A stretch of 53,861 nt of DNA from Callorhinchus milii (lineage: Eukaryota): the NCBI RefSeq assembly GCF_018977255.1, contig NW_024705334.1, positions 1-53,861 of the forward strand, given 5' to 3'. Shown here in pieces: positions 33,835-45,715 of this stretch (position 1 is the first letter of the stretch; each line of letters starts with the position of its first letter). Below the pieces are notes generated by a model. It worked only from the letters and a program-made list of their open reading frames with translations. It ran no database searches and was not told where the DNA came from. The translations under genes were made by a program, and so were the position numbers.

Positions 33835-34934
33835 TCAAAAAAAAACCGTCGGCCTCGCGCATCAGCTCAGAGCACTGACCGGTACAGGAACATATCATCT
33901 GTTAACGTGACACAATATCGCACTACATCGGCGGACACCGCGTTGCGTTTTGCACAAAACGCTGATATTTGCACTTATTGCTTCACTGCGGAGAGGTTTG
34001 ACAAACGGTTAAATATTTGAGGCAAACGGGCAGCGACTTGTCCAACCGGTTCCATTGATGTTTTTCCAAGAAGCGCCGCTCCCTATAGTCAGAGCCAAAT
34101 GTCAGGAGTGTCTCAGACGGAATGCGGCTCAGGGGCTGAACCTGTCTGTCACACAGGTGTGAGCGTCTCTCACAAACCTTCCCATAACCAGCCATTGGGC
34201 ACATTACCAGCAGGTTGGTGCTGGTGGGTGGGAGAGATCACCGAGTGCTGCTGATTGGGGACCAGGAGAGAACTAGTTGAAGGAGCTGGTGGTTTCCAGT
34301 CACTGGGGAGCAGCTCAGCGCGTCCCTGTGATCACTGGTGAGCAAATATCTGCAAAAATCTTCAATTCTTCTTCTTCTCCATCTGACAATCTGTAAGTGT
34401 TCACAATTTGGTGCCTGATGTTATGCGTCTTCTCCAGGCAGAGTGGACAGGGGAGTGGGGGCGCCTCATTCAAACGCCCTCCGTGGGGGTGAGGGGAGTG
34501 AGTGGGCGGGTTATCCGAAGGGCTGAACCGGCTCCGAGGTGGAAAGGTTTGGCTGCAGGTTATCGGAATCGAGCCGTCCTCCCGTAACCGACTCTGCTCT
34601 GTTTCCTGAGCCGGTGGCGGGTCCGTGGTATTCCAGGGCACTGCTGATAGCAGCACAGCCCAGTCCGGCTCATCGACAGCACCCGAAGGGCAGACCAGAC
34701 ACTGGGGCAGATATCCTCCTAGTCGGCTCCTATTAACCCTGTAAAAAAAGTCCTAACTTGTACGGTGTTCCCAGCTGGAAAAGAAATAGGAAAGCTCGCC
34801 GGGCAGCAATATCAATTGCGAGCCATGGGGTTTTCGCTGATTAGATTCCAGCAGTTACTCCAACCCATGCTCTCGGGTGCCCAAACTTTGGCTCTTGCCA
34901 TTCCTTGCCTTTACTCTCCGGAACAGAGTGATTA

Positions 34935-35305
34935 GGATGGAATTCAAGATCCTCATCCTCACCTACAAGGCCATTCACGGCCTCGCTTCCTCCTACCTCT
35001 CCGACCTACTATCCCCCTACTTACCTGCCCGTACCCTCCGTTCCTCTGGCTCCGGTCTGCTCCACATCCCCCGCCCCAACCGCCCTACCATCGGTGGCCG
35101 GGCCTTCAGCTCCCCTCTCGACTCTCTACCCCCTCCTCGCTCCCTCCCTTCCTTCCCCTGACCATTTCCCCCTTCCTCGCTCCTTTCCTCCCCTCACCCT
35201 GACTAATTCCCACCTGCTCGGGTGCCGACCCAACTGTCCAGCGCCGTGGGAAGTCCTCCCGACGTGAAAGGCGCACTATAAATGAGATCTTCTTGTATCT
35301 TGTTG
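34935..35305 (+). mobile_element. L2 LINE 3' fragment with internal deletion
   Basis: EFKILILTYKAIHGLASSYLSDLLSPYLPARTLRSS in ORF 34877-35161, plus tail cccgacgtgaaaggcgcactataaatg. Confidence 0.88.
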
Positions 35306-36644
35306 TGGGATGCATCACTCCAGAGGGACTGAGAGTGCACCTTCCATTAGAACAATCTCTCTCTGGAAATTCTCTGTGTAGGTGGGATGCAGAAAATTCC
35401 CAGTTTGGTTTGGAGACTGATGCTTTGTGCTGGATTTCCCTCTGTGAAAGTTTTATCACAGCCATATTACGATATATAAAACTCTTCCGGTGAGATCCTG
35501 ACATGGAGAAGCAGAGCTTGAACCTGCAAGTTTACTGATCCTCGCGTTTGTTATAGCGACTCATCGCATGTTCAAGACGTCTCCAAGCGCTTTAACGGAT
35601 GCACTGTAAAGTGCCGTGACTGTGTGACCCACATGCAAGTCCCTGACGAGAGAGAGAGATTGGACTGATTCCTTCTCCATAGCCCCAGAACAATAAGGCT
35701 GATCGCCTCTCCTCCACCAGCTGAGGGTTCCTTGTCTGAAAGCATCATTGCCGTGTGTCAAATTCTCCCAATCCCAACCCCTAACTAATCACACTGTCGA
35801 CTCTCACCCAAATTAGCACCACTCCGCCCGCTCTTACCCCAACTAGTCCCACTACATCAATCTAACCCCAACCGATCCCATTCCCAGACATTTACCCCAG
35901 CTAGTACCACTCACTTACCTAACTGGGGGGTCTTACTCTAACTCACCACGTTTATCGCTACTCGCCCCGCCCATCCCTCTGAGCTTAGTGTGTCCCATTG
36001 CCCCGCCATTAAGATGGTGACTGAAGGTCAAAGGAGACAAAGAGGGAATGAGGCGAAGGCAATGTGAGGCGCAGTTCCAGAGGTGGGAGCAGATAAAACC
36101 AAAACATGGATTTCTTCATTCTTTGATTATCGGTAGATTGCTCTAAACCTCAACAGCTCTGTCAGTAAACACAATACAGAATGACTTGTCTGACTGGTTG
36201 GGGATGTATTTCTGAGAATCGCCGCTCTCTGTGGTGAGAGTCAAATTTCAGGAATGTTTGAGATCATAAACAGTTTTTCTGATGCGTTGTATGTCGCGGT
36301 GGTGAACACTTATATCAGATTTTGATTCCTGTATCGCCTGGCGACCAGGTGTTTGCTCATGTGTCAAGTACAGCTCAACAGGTAAAGTGTTAGCAGATTC
36401 ATGTTGGAATACATGACCATATCACCATACTTTATTGAATATTTATAATCGCTGTTGCTGAAACCATCTCAATACTATTGCAGTTTTAAAATCCACATCA
36501 GCAAATTATACAGGTAGGGACTTGTCAGATGGTTGGAGGTGATTAAGCGAGAAGCGCCGCTCCCTTTAGAGTCAGGTTTCAGGAAGGGGGGGTGCGTTGT
36601 GGGGGAGGTTAAGTGGAAACTCGTTGAAGCTAAACTCACTAAAG

Positions 36645-36880
36645 TAGCAACAACAACAACTTGGATGTATATAGCGCCCTCCGCGCCGGACGGCGTCTCA
36701 GAGCGCTTCACAGTAACAGATCCCGGGGCCGAGCCAGGGGGAGGGGGAGGACGAAAAGAAAGGTCTTCAGCAGAGACCTGAAAATAGGAAGAGAAGGGGA
36801 GGGAGTGAGGAAGGGAGTTCCAGAGCCTCGGGACATCGTGGCTGAAGGCACGGCCGCCGAGGGTGGAGCGGACCTGTACG
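36645..36880 (-). mobile_element. L2 3' end of a second subfamily (same type as 49921-50350)
   Basis: (CAA)n-cttggat.tatat..cgc...ccggacggcg.ctca.agcgctt.acagtaa...aaaagaaaggtcttcagcagagac shared with 49921-50063. Confidence 0.75.
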
Positions 36881-39312
36881 GCAATGGAATGGATAATCGA
36901 GCCAACCCTCTCTGGTGGTCTCTAGTCCGGTTTCTGGGCCGAGGGTGTCCGCAGTTTTCCACGGCAGTGATGATGGCAGCACAGCCCAGCCTGGCTCATC
37001 AGCAATACTTGTGAGGGCAGACCAGTCACTACAACATGTATCCCGCTCAGCTCCCGTTAACCATGTAAACCAGTGTCAGACACCCAAGTGACCAAAAATA
37101 TCCAAACGTCATTTCTCAGCCCAAATATGGTAAAATAGGAATTTCATGCAGAGACTAAGGACTTGACCCTGTCTTCAAACTGCAGTTCCTGCACTTCCCT
37201 GGAGATTGTACAGTGCTCCCTGGGGCTGGAGGACAAGCTCAGTCCTGCTCCCTGGACCAGCAACAAATCCCTGGATACCGAGTGTCTGCTTGTCTGAACA
37301 ACTCCGTGTCGCTGTGTGGATCTCCCAGAGAGTTGGGGAGGCAAAACATGATCTAACTTCAGGTTTAAATTGCAAACAAGCTTCAAGTGTGAAATGCTTC
37401 CCTTGCTGACTGTTATTATACAAATGCAATTGGTGCTATATACAGGGAAATTCACGTCACAGTGTAGGGCTTTGAGACGACTCGCAGACACGATAAGTCG
37501 CTGAATCAAATGTAAGGATTGCTATATTATTATTTATTATTAATTTTCTCTCTACTGCAAAAGTGACAAGTAATGCAGAACAGCGCTAACAGCTTCTGGG
37601 TATTTTTGGTCAAGGGGAATCCGTCGCCCCTCAGGGCTTCAGCTCCACCGTCACTGTTGCAAATAATGAGAAGATGGGATTTCCTCTCCACATCCTTATC
37701 TCCCAACAGAACATGTTCATCACCTCCCTTTTGTTGAAGACTCTATTTCTCCCGATCTCCCGAGATTCTCAGCCTTTTCTCCAAATCCCTTCTCACCCAA
37801 GGCCCTCCCTAAATCTGGAAGTATCTCCTGCGCCTCTCTCTCTCCTGATCTTCCCTCAACTCAGGCATCTCAACATCTGGTCCATCTGCAAGAACGACAT
37901 GGTATTAGGCCCAGGAGGTGAGAGCAGGGTATACATTAACAGCCAATGTTTACATTCAGGCAATGAGTGTTTTACTGAAATGTCCTAAACTATTGAAATC
38001 TCAAATAATCCAGAAACCTGCTATAAGATATCAGAAGATCTACAACTAGAGGAAAGAGAACAGAATCTTTACATTAAAGTCTTTTTGCAGTGTGGTAACT
38101 TGGTAAAACTGTTTGTCTGTCCGTGGGACAGTTTGGTGGGGTATGCTGACATTGTTCACAATTAAAATCTGGTAACACCGTCACTTTACAACCTTACAAC
38201 CTATCCCCCAAATGTACCTCCCTAACCATTAGAGATCAGGATTGAGGAATATAACAAGGGATTCCTGACACTGGGAAATGAAGAAAATAAGGCGTCGATA
38301 ACTGCAGTGCATTGTTCAATGGTAGTGAGTATCATTTACACAGTGAACATAAAGCTCCCTATATATATATATATATACAACTCCTTATCATGTTGTCCAA
38401 AAATCTGAAAGCTTTGCAGGATTTTACTCCGATGTGCAATGGCAGTGTATTTGTCGGTGAACAGCCAACTCTAGCTATTGTGTGCGGTTTAGGGAAGCAG
38501 AAGGTCGAAGAGGAGGGTCTTGAGACATACTCTGAAGGAGGCAAGGGATGGAATGAGGCGAAGGGACTGTGATGGTTTCCAAAGGTGGGGGCAGAAAAGA
38601 GAATGGATTTTGTATTTATTTGACTCCTGGTAGATTATTGTAAACTTGCACATCTATGTCAGCAAACAAAACACACTGTGAGTTGTCAGACTGGTTGGAT
38701 ATACATTTCTGGGAATCGCCACTCCCTGTGGTAAGAGTCAAATTTCAGAAATTTTTCGGAGCATAAACAGCCTGAGAGCTGCCGCTTTCCTGTCCAGCAA
38801 CAGCGAACCCACAAGAGGGAAGAGAAGGGCAAAACAGTAGAAATAAAATTAACAAAGTAAGGAAAATGTAACATAGAAAATTAATGCATAGTTTTTCTGA
38901 AGAACTCTGTTTAGCGGTGGTTAATAATTATATCAGTTTGTGAGTCCTGTATACCCTGGAGACCAGGTGTTTGCTCATGTGGTAAGTACAGGTCAGCAGG
39001 TAAACTTTTAACAGGTTCATGTTGGGATAGATGACCATATCACCGCGCTTTGCTGAATACTTTAATCTTTGTGGCTGAAACCATCTCAATACTATGGAAG
39101 TTTTAAAATCTCGATCAGCGAATTATACACTCTGACTTGTCAGATGGTTGGCGGAGCTTTTGTGAGAGTCGCCGCTCCCTATAGTGAGTGTCAGGTTTCA
39201 GAAAGGTTTCAGATGACAAACAGCCTGAGAGCTGCTGTAGGAGGGCCAGGCAGCGGGTGATCCTGAAGGCTGAGAGGAGAGGAGTTAGAATGTATATTCC
39301 TGGGCAGTGGGG

Positions 39313-40500
39313 TGTCAGAATACACTCTTTTTGTATACTGCTAGAATCATAATAGATGTGGCGAATGGGTTAACTTTTAGTTAAGTGTGGGGGGCAACTG
39401 GACTGACAGTCATGGCATAGGACACATCTGGTTTTCTCTGTTTTTGAAAGAATAACAGGACAGCTTTGGAAAAAGGCAGGGGGTCACCTCTTATCAATAA
39501 ATGACAACACGCCCACAGAGATAACGGTCCAAGGTATCGGTCGACACAGGATCTCGACTGAGCAATAATTCGCTAGATTCTGACAGGGCCAAGCGACAGA
39601 AGGCAATCCGCAAGAATATCAACTGATGAGCAAATTGCTTAAACTGGAGGACTTTGGTACCATCCCGGGATACTGATAAGACATAACCAGTCACTTTAAA
39701 GGAAAGTACTGATGATCGCACACCACAAAATAATGAGCAGCCAATACAGCCCTAAACTGATCAGTCCTCTATGTTAGACGGTTAGATCAAATAACAGGGG
39801 TCTTAAGGACAATGTTAGGTGCGTTGAGGCACGTACACCCCATGAGGTGTTCAAGTGAACCCGGCATGATTTCGACAAAGTAATCTGATTTCCGCACCAC
39901 GATTGGACGAGCATCGGTATAAGAGTTCTGTTAACTTTGTGAACGGGGCATTCCCGGATCGTGGAGATGAGGGTACGGGAGATGGGGCCATTCCGGGTCG
40001 CGGAGACCAGTGTACGGGTGATAGAAGACTGAGAGCTAGAAACACTAAGACTGAGGATATCAGAGGGAAGATTGATAGCTGTAAGCAAGAAGACTGCGAG
40101 CATGAATAATTAAGCTTGTGTGCTGTAAAGACACCGTGTTGAACTCGAGATATCTACGGTGGTACTGTTCTGTTATAAGATTTGTTGATTGTACCGGCCT
40201 TTGGTCTGACCCATCGGGATATTGGTGAATAACGCACGAATAATAATAAAACAGTCGGATATCTGGTTGCAAACGGATTATGGCTGATTTTATTTTCGAA
40301 CATGAGGTACCCACGCTTTGACTCTTGCCAATTTGTGCCGAATACTTTCAGGGACAAGGCTGAAAGTAGATATGCTCTGGGCCATTCCATTCTAAGCAAA
40401 GAGTGTTTGATGTGTTGGTGGGTGGAAGCATTCTCAGTCTGGTTTGGATATCCTTAATCACGGTGATGGGTTGGTACATGTGTCAGACACGCGACAACCA
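39313..40500 (-). mobile_element. Possible older LTR-like element hosting the nested solo LTR
   Basis: Left end TGTCAGAA is the same as the end of 21913-22394; CpG-containing unique DNA with CCAAT and TTTAAA motifs. No TSD found and the right end is uncertain. Confidence 0.3.
39848..40302 (+). mobile_element. Solo LTR, 455 bp, BEL/Pao-like termini
   Basis: Starts TGTTCAAG, ends TTCGAACA; exact 5-bp TSD TGAGG (39843-39847, 40303-40307). AATAAA at 40245-40250; CpGs retained, suggesting a young insertion. Confidence 0.8.
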
Positions 40501-40519
40501 AGGATGATGGTAATACAAT

Positions 40520-41010
40520 ACAACATCACATTTGTATAGCGTCATTCATGTCGGGAGAACATAATGATAGAGATATGGAGACTGGTGAAGGATCGCAAAC
40601 AAGCTGCAGTTTTGTATGGTCTGCAGTTTGAGTAGAGTGCGTGTTTGAATGCCATTGAGTAAGGGATTCATATAGTCTGGCTCCAATATAATAAAGATGT
40701 ATATATGTTTTTGGACACACCAGTGGAAGGAGGTGTGAGACGTGCAGCTGCAGGTAAGCAATATTATAGAGGTGAGCGAAAGTCAAGCGTGAGTGAGAGA
40801 CAAGTTACATGGATTAAAGGACTGTTAAGGTGGAATAAGACAATATCTTCTCATTGGCACAGAAACGTGAATTTAGCTTTGATACAGATTGATGCCGTCA
40901 ACACCTAGGGTGAGTAAATACTGTCAAGACTCAAACAGGTGAGCCTCCGTCTTGACTACATTCAACTGAAGATAGACGGAGATCAATCAGCATTTGATGT
41001 CTTACAGTGT
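40520..41010 (-). mobile_element. Highly degenerate L2 fragment
   Basis: catttgtatagcg..ttcatgtcgggag tail; tgcagttttgtatggtctgcagtttg..catatagtctggctc; gtcttgactacattcaactgaa (LQLNVVKT). Confidence 0.55.
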
Positions 41011-41039
41011 GTTTGTCAGTGCTGTTGTCATGGGACTGA

Positions 41040-41830
41040 GTTGACGTATGTGTGTGTCGGCGTTGGTGGCGTGGGGCTGAGCTGGTGAAGTGTTTGTGTG
41101 TGTCAGTGTTGTGACTTGGGGGTTAGTTGTGGAAGTATATGTGCGTCATTGTTGGTGGCGTGCAGCTGAGATGGTAAAGTGTGTGTATCAGTGTTGGTAA
41201 CATGCATCTGAGTTGGTGAAATATTTGTGTCAGTATTGGTAACATGGAGCTGAGATGGTGAAGTGTGTGTGTCAGTGTTGGTGAGGACACCATGGGGCTG
41301 AGCTGATGGAGTTTGTGTGTGTCATTGTTGGTGACATGGAGCTGAGTTGGTGAAGTGTGTGTATCAGCGTTGGTAACATGGAGCTGAGCTGGTTGCGTGT
41401 GTGTATCAGTGTTGGTGAGGGCACCATGGGGCTGATCTGGTGAAGTATGTGTGGGTCAGTGTTGTTGAGGACACTATGGGGCTTTGCTGGTGAAGAGTGT
41501 GTCAGTCTCTGTGGCATGGGGCTGAGTTGGGGAATTGGGTGTGTTAGTCTTGGTTACATGGGGCTGAGCTAGAGAAGTCTGCGTGTGTCAGTGTTGGTGG
41601 CATAGAGCTGAGCTGGTAAAGTGTGTGTGTGTCAGTGTTGGTGGCAAGATGCTGGGTTGTAGATGTGTATCAGTGTTGATGACGTGGTGGTCAGTCGGGG
41701 AAGTATGTGATGGTGGCATGGGGCTGATTTGGGGATGTGTGTGGGTCAGTCTTGGTGAGGACACCATGGGGCTGATCTGGAGAAGTGTGTGTTTTTGTCA
41801 CTATTGGTGGCATGGAGCTGGGCTGGGCAA
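41040..41830. repeat. ~40-bp minisatellite (gtgtcagtgttggtggcatggggctgagctggtgaagtgt)
   Basis: About 18-20 diverged tandem units, visible directly. Confidence 0.88.
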
Positions 41831-41917
41831 GCGTGAATGCCAGGATAAACCGGGGAAAGAATGTTAAAACAAGGCCAGTCACACTGACGTCATTGGGATG
41901 GAAACGTCTAGAGAATA

Positions 41918-42915
41918 CACAACAACAACAACAAGATTCCATTTATAAAGCGCCTTTCACGTCAGGAGGATGTCCCAAGGCGCTGCACATTTGGGTCATG
42001 ACCAGAGCAGGGGGGAAATGGTTAGGGTGAGGGGAGGGAAGGGAGGGAGCGAGGAGGGGGAAGAGATTCGAGAGGGGAGCTGAAGGCTCGGTCAAAGAGA
42101 AAGGTTTTGAGACCGGCCTTGAAGGAGGAGACGGAGGAAGCGGCGAAGGCACTGGGGGATAGAGTTCCAGAGCCTCGGGGCTGAGAGGCTGAAGGCCCGA
42201 CCACCGATGGTAGGACGATTGGGGCGGGGGACGTGGAGCAGACCGGAGCTGGAGGAACGGAGGGTACGGGCAGGTAGATAGGGGGATAGCAGGTCGGAGA
42301 GGTAGGAGGGAGCGAGGCCGTGAATGGCCTTGTATGTGAGGGTGAGGATTTTGAATTGGATCCTCTGTAGGATGGGGAGCCAGTGGAGGGGAGCGAGGGT
42401 GGGAGTGATGTGGTCGCGGTGTCTGGTGCGGGACAGTACACGAGCTGCAGAGTACTGAATGACCTGCAGTGTGGAGGGAGGGCCGGGAAGGCCGCGAGGA
42501 GAGAGTTCCCATAGTCCATCCTTGAGGTGATAAAGGCGTGGACCAGAGTTTCAGCCGCGTGAGGGGTGAGGTAGTGCCGTAGTCTGGCGATGTTTCGGAG
42601 GTGATGGAAGGCGGTGCCCGTTGTGGCGCGGATATGAGGGAGAAAGGACAGCTCAGGGTCCAACAGAACTCCGAGGTTCCTGATGGCTTTGAGAGGTGGA
42701 GAGTGCAGCCTCGGATGCTGATGGTGTCAGCGCCTGAGGTGCGGAGGCGCTGACGTGAGCCAATCAGAAAGGCCTCAGTTTTATGCACGTTGAGCTGAAT
42801 AAAGTTGTCTCTCTTCCAGGACTCGGTGTCGGACAGGCAGCTGTCAGGACATCGGTGGTCGTGGAGTTGAGGGTAGAGGAGGAAAGGAAGAGTTGGGTGT
42901 CATCCGCATACATGC
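41918..42915 (-). mobile_element. 5'-truncated L2 LINE (~1 kb): RT C-terminus, 3' UTR and (CAA)n tail
   Basis: MYADDT (42896-42913), LNVHKTEAFLIGS, FHHLRNIARLRHYLTPHAAETLVHAFITSRMDYGNSLL, LHWLP; frameshifted. Confidence 0.93.
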
Positions 42916-43112
42916 ATAGCAGCCTTTCTCGACCTGCTTTTTTCTCAGACTTAAGTTCGGCAGATGTCTGAAGCTACAGCCTTTGATTTCTGTGGTCCAA
43001 TGATCCTACATCTGTGCTGAAGGATCTAATTGCTCTTTATCTCAGAGGTGTGAACTTCTTTTCAGCAAAATATTGAATGTATAAGGAAGCTGACCTCGAT
43101 CAGTCCAACCAA

Positions 43113-43530
43113 GGACTGTGGGATGGAGTTCCAGCGAGTGGGGCAGAATGGCTGAAGGCCCGAACGCTGGGTACTTGCGGATACTTTGCTCTATTAAATA
43201 GTACCGCCTTATTCTCTGTTGTACCTTTTCAACCAACCAAGGTCTGCTTAACCCCAAGGGGCAAGGAAAGGGGGGCTGTAAATTGGGTGGTTGTATGAAA
43301 GGTTAGAGGGTTGCGGATGGGTATTTGGAGGAGGGGATTGGTAACAGCAAAGTGCTATATCAAGATCAGGTTATGTGTTTTTTAATAACCTGCATGTTAT
43401 CTGCATCACATTGAAAAGGTACAACAGAGAATAAGGCGGTACTATTTAATAGAGCAAAGTATCCGCAAGTACCCAGCGGTCGGGCCTTCAGCCATTCTGC
43501 CCCACTCGCTGGAACTCCATCCCACAGTCC
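43113..43530. repeat. Inverted repeat with 120-bp arms (43113-43232 and 43411-43530) and a 178-bp spacer
   Basis: The arms are reverse complements with one mismatch seen. The right arm runs into an L2 3' end (43470-43715). Confidence 0.92.
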
Positions 43531-44599
43531 CTCTGCCTCGCCCTCTCCATTGGCTTCTTGAACACCCATCTCAAGACCCTCCACTTCGACCATGGCTTTG
43601 ATCGCCCTCCTTTCCCCACTCCCCAATCCCAACTCACAGCTCAGGTCTGACTGTCCAGTGCCTTGGGACATCCTCCTGATGTGAAAGCTGCTGTTCAAAT
43701 GTGATTTTATTCTTGTTCTAACCTTGAGATGTTTAGGTTTTCACCGGTTGCCTTCTTCCTCAGAAGCTGACCAAACAAACGAGATGGTCATGAACTGTCT
43801 CCTCGAGGTATTTGTCCTTCATATTGACTTTGATATGAAACCTAAAAGCCACAGTAAACCCGCGATTCAATGCCATTCCAGCGCTTGGCTCTCAGTGTCA
43901 GAGAACACAGACAATTCATTGAAGGATATTCTGTGAAGACGCGATAAGGCGCTGTACCAAATGCAAGAATTATTATTATTATTGTATTGAATAAGTCATA
44001 TAAAATGCTATGATCTGAACCGATACAACTTCTGTCATGTTTTAACAGTATAATGTTTAGGTGTTGCTGGATGGCTATTTGATGTCTGTTGGATAAGAAT
44101 GGAACCTTTACTAATCCAAAGCGTCCACATCTATTCATTTATATCCAATGCTGAACATTAGTGTCCTTATGGTTTCCGGGAGTGTTATTTGTTGGCAGCG
44201 ATATAATCGGTGGAGTCCTGTAGCGGAAGCTGTTAGTGTAAACACTAGTAATTTCAGAGATAACACTGATAATATTTGCATTTGTTGTGGCGCCTCATCA
44301 CATCTTAAAGCGCAACACAGGATATAGTGTAAAGTGAACTCACTGTGTGTATTGTGGGCAATATATTTGGGTGAGGCCCCAATGTCTGGGCTCTCTGTGG
44401 ATCAAGTGCGTGGATGACTGTGGTGACGGGATCCGCCTTTGTCATTGGGGTAATTGTTTGTGTGGGTTATTCATTGGCGTCGGGAGGCCTCAGTGTGAGG
44501 TTTAAACGGTCGATGGGTTCAGTCGCCTCTGTCGGTCGGTTGTCTCTCTCTCTCTCTGTGTCTCTCGTCGCCTGACTTTGGCGCCTCTTTTTCCCTCTG

Positions 44600-44719
44600 A
44601 CTCGGCGCCTGCGCAGTGGTGTCCCTGAGCGCGGGGCTGACGGTGTTTCGGGGCGCGGCGCCTGTCTGTCTGAGCGCGAGGCGGGACCGCGGGAGGTGGT
44701 GATGGCGGCGGAGACGACG
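44600..44719 (+). promoter_or_regulatory. CpG promoter plus candidate first coding exon (MAAETT, 44702-44719) of an unidentified gene
   Basis: NRF1-like GCGCCTGCGCAG at 44605-44616, ATGGCGGCG start typical of housekeeping genes, donor acg|GTCAGT. Confidence 0.6.
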
Positions 44720-44734
44720 GTCAGTGTCGGTGAC

Positions 44735-45715
44735 AGAGAGAGAGAGTGTGAGAGAGAGAATGAAAGTGTGAGAGAGTGTGAGAGAGAGTGTGTGAGAGAG
44801 ACTGTGTGAGAGTTACTGTGAGAATGTGTGAGAGAGAGCGAGAGTGAGTGTGTGAGAGAGACTGTGTGAGAGAGTGAGAGAGAGACTGTGTGAGAGAGTG
44901 AGAGAGAGAGAGTGAGAGTGTGAGAGAGTGTGTGAGAGAGAGTGAGAGTGTGTGAGAGAGTGAGAGTGTGAGAGTGTGTGAGAGAGTAGAGTGTGTGAGA
45001 GAGACTGTGTGAGAGTGTGAGACTGCGAGAGAGTGAGATTGAGAGAGAGAGAGTCTGTGTGAGAGACTGTGTGAGAGTGTGAGACTGCGAGAGAGTGAGA
45101 TTGAGAGAGAGAGAGTCTGTGTGAGAGACTGTGTGAGAGTGTGAGTCTGGGAGAGAGTGAGATGAGAGAGAGAGTCTGTGTGAGAGACTGTGTGAGAGTG
45201 TGAGTCTGGGAGAGAGTGAGATTGAGAGAGAGACGTGGTGTGGAGAGAGTGTGAGATAGTGAGAGACTCTGTGAGAAAGTGAGAGTGTGAGAGAGAGACT
45301 GTGAGAGTGAGAGACTGTGTGAGAGAGTGAGAGACTGTGTGAGAGCGAGAGAGACTGTGTGAGAGAGTGAGAGACTGTGTGAGAGCGAGAGAGACTGTGT
45401 GAGAGAGTGAGAGTTTGAGAGAGAAACTGTGAGATAGTGAGAGACTGTGTGAGAAAGTGAGAGTGTGAGAGTGAGAGACTGTGTGAGAGAGTGAGAGTGT
45501 GTGAGTGAGAGACTGTGTGAGAGAGTGAGTGTGAGAGTGAGTGTGAGAGAGAGACTGTGTGAGAGAAAGAGACTGTGAGAGAGTGAGTGTGTGAGAGAGA
45601 GAGACTGTGAGAGAGTGAGGAAGAGTGAGACTGTGTGGGAGAGTGAGTGTGAGAGTGAGAGAATTTGAGTGAGAGAGTGTGAGAGATAGAGAGAGAGAGT
45701 GAGAGAGAGAGTGGA
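44735..45715. repeat. (GA)/(GT) compound microsatellite with higher-order ~60-bp and ~20-bp units; inverted counterpart at 33455-33700
   Basis: gagagactgtgtgagagtgt units. Confidence 0.88.

Noticed and set aside
37790..37890. Exon-like minus-strand segment (ttcttgcag|..GPDVEMPELREDQERERRRRYFQI*)
   Set aside because: All three frames stop before the next plausible donor and no family is recognised; not enough support.
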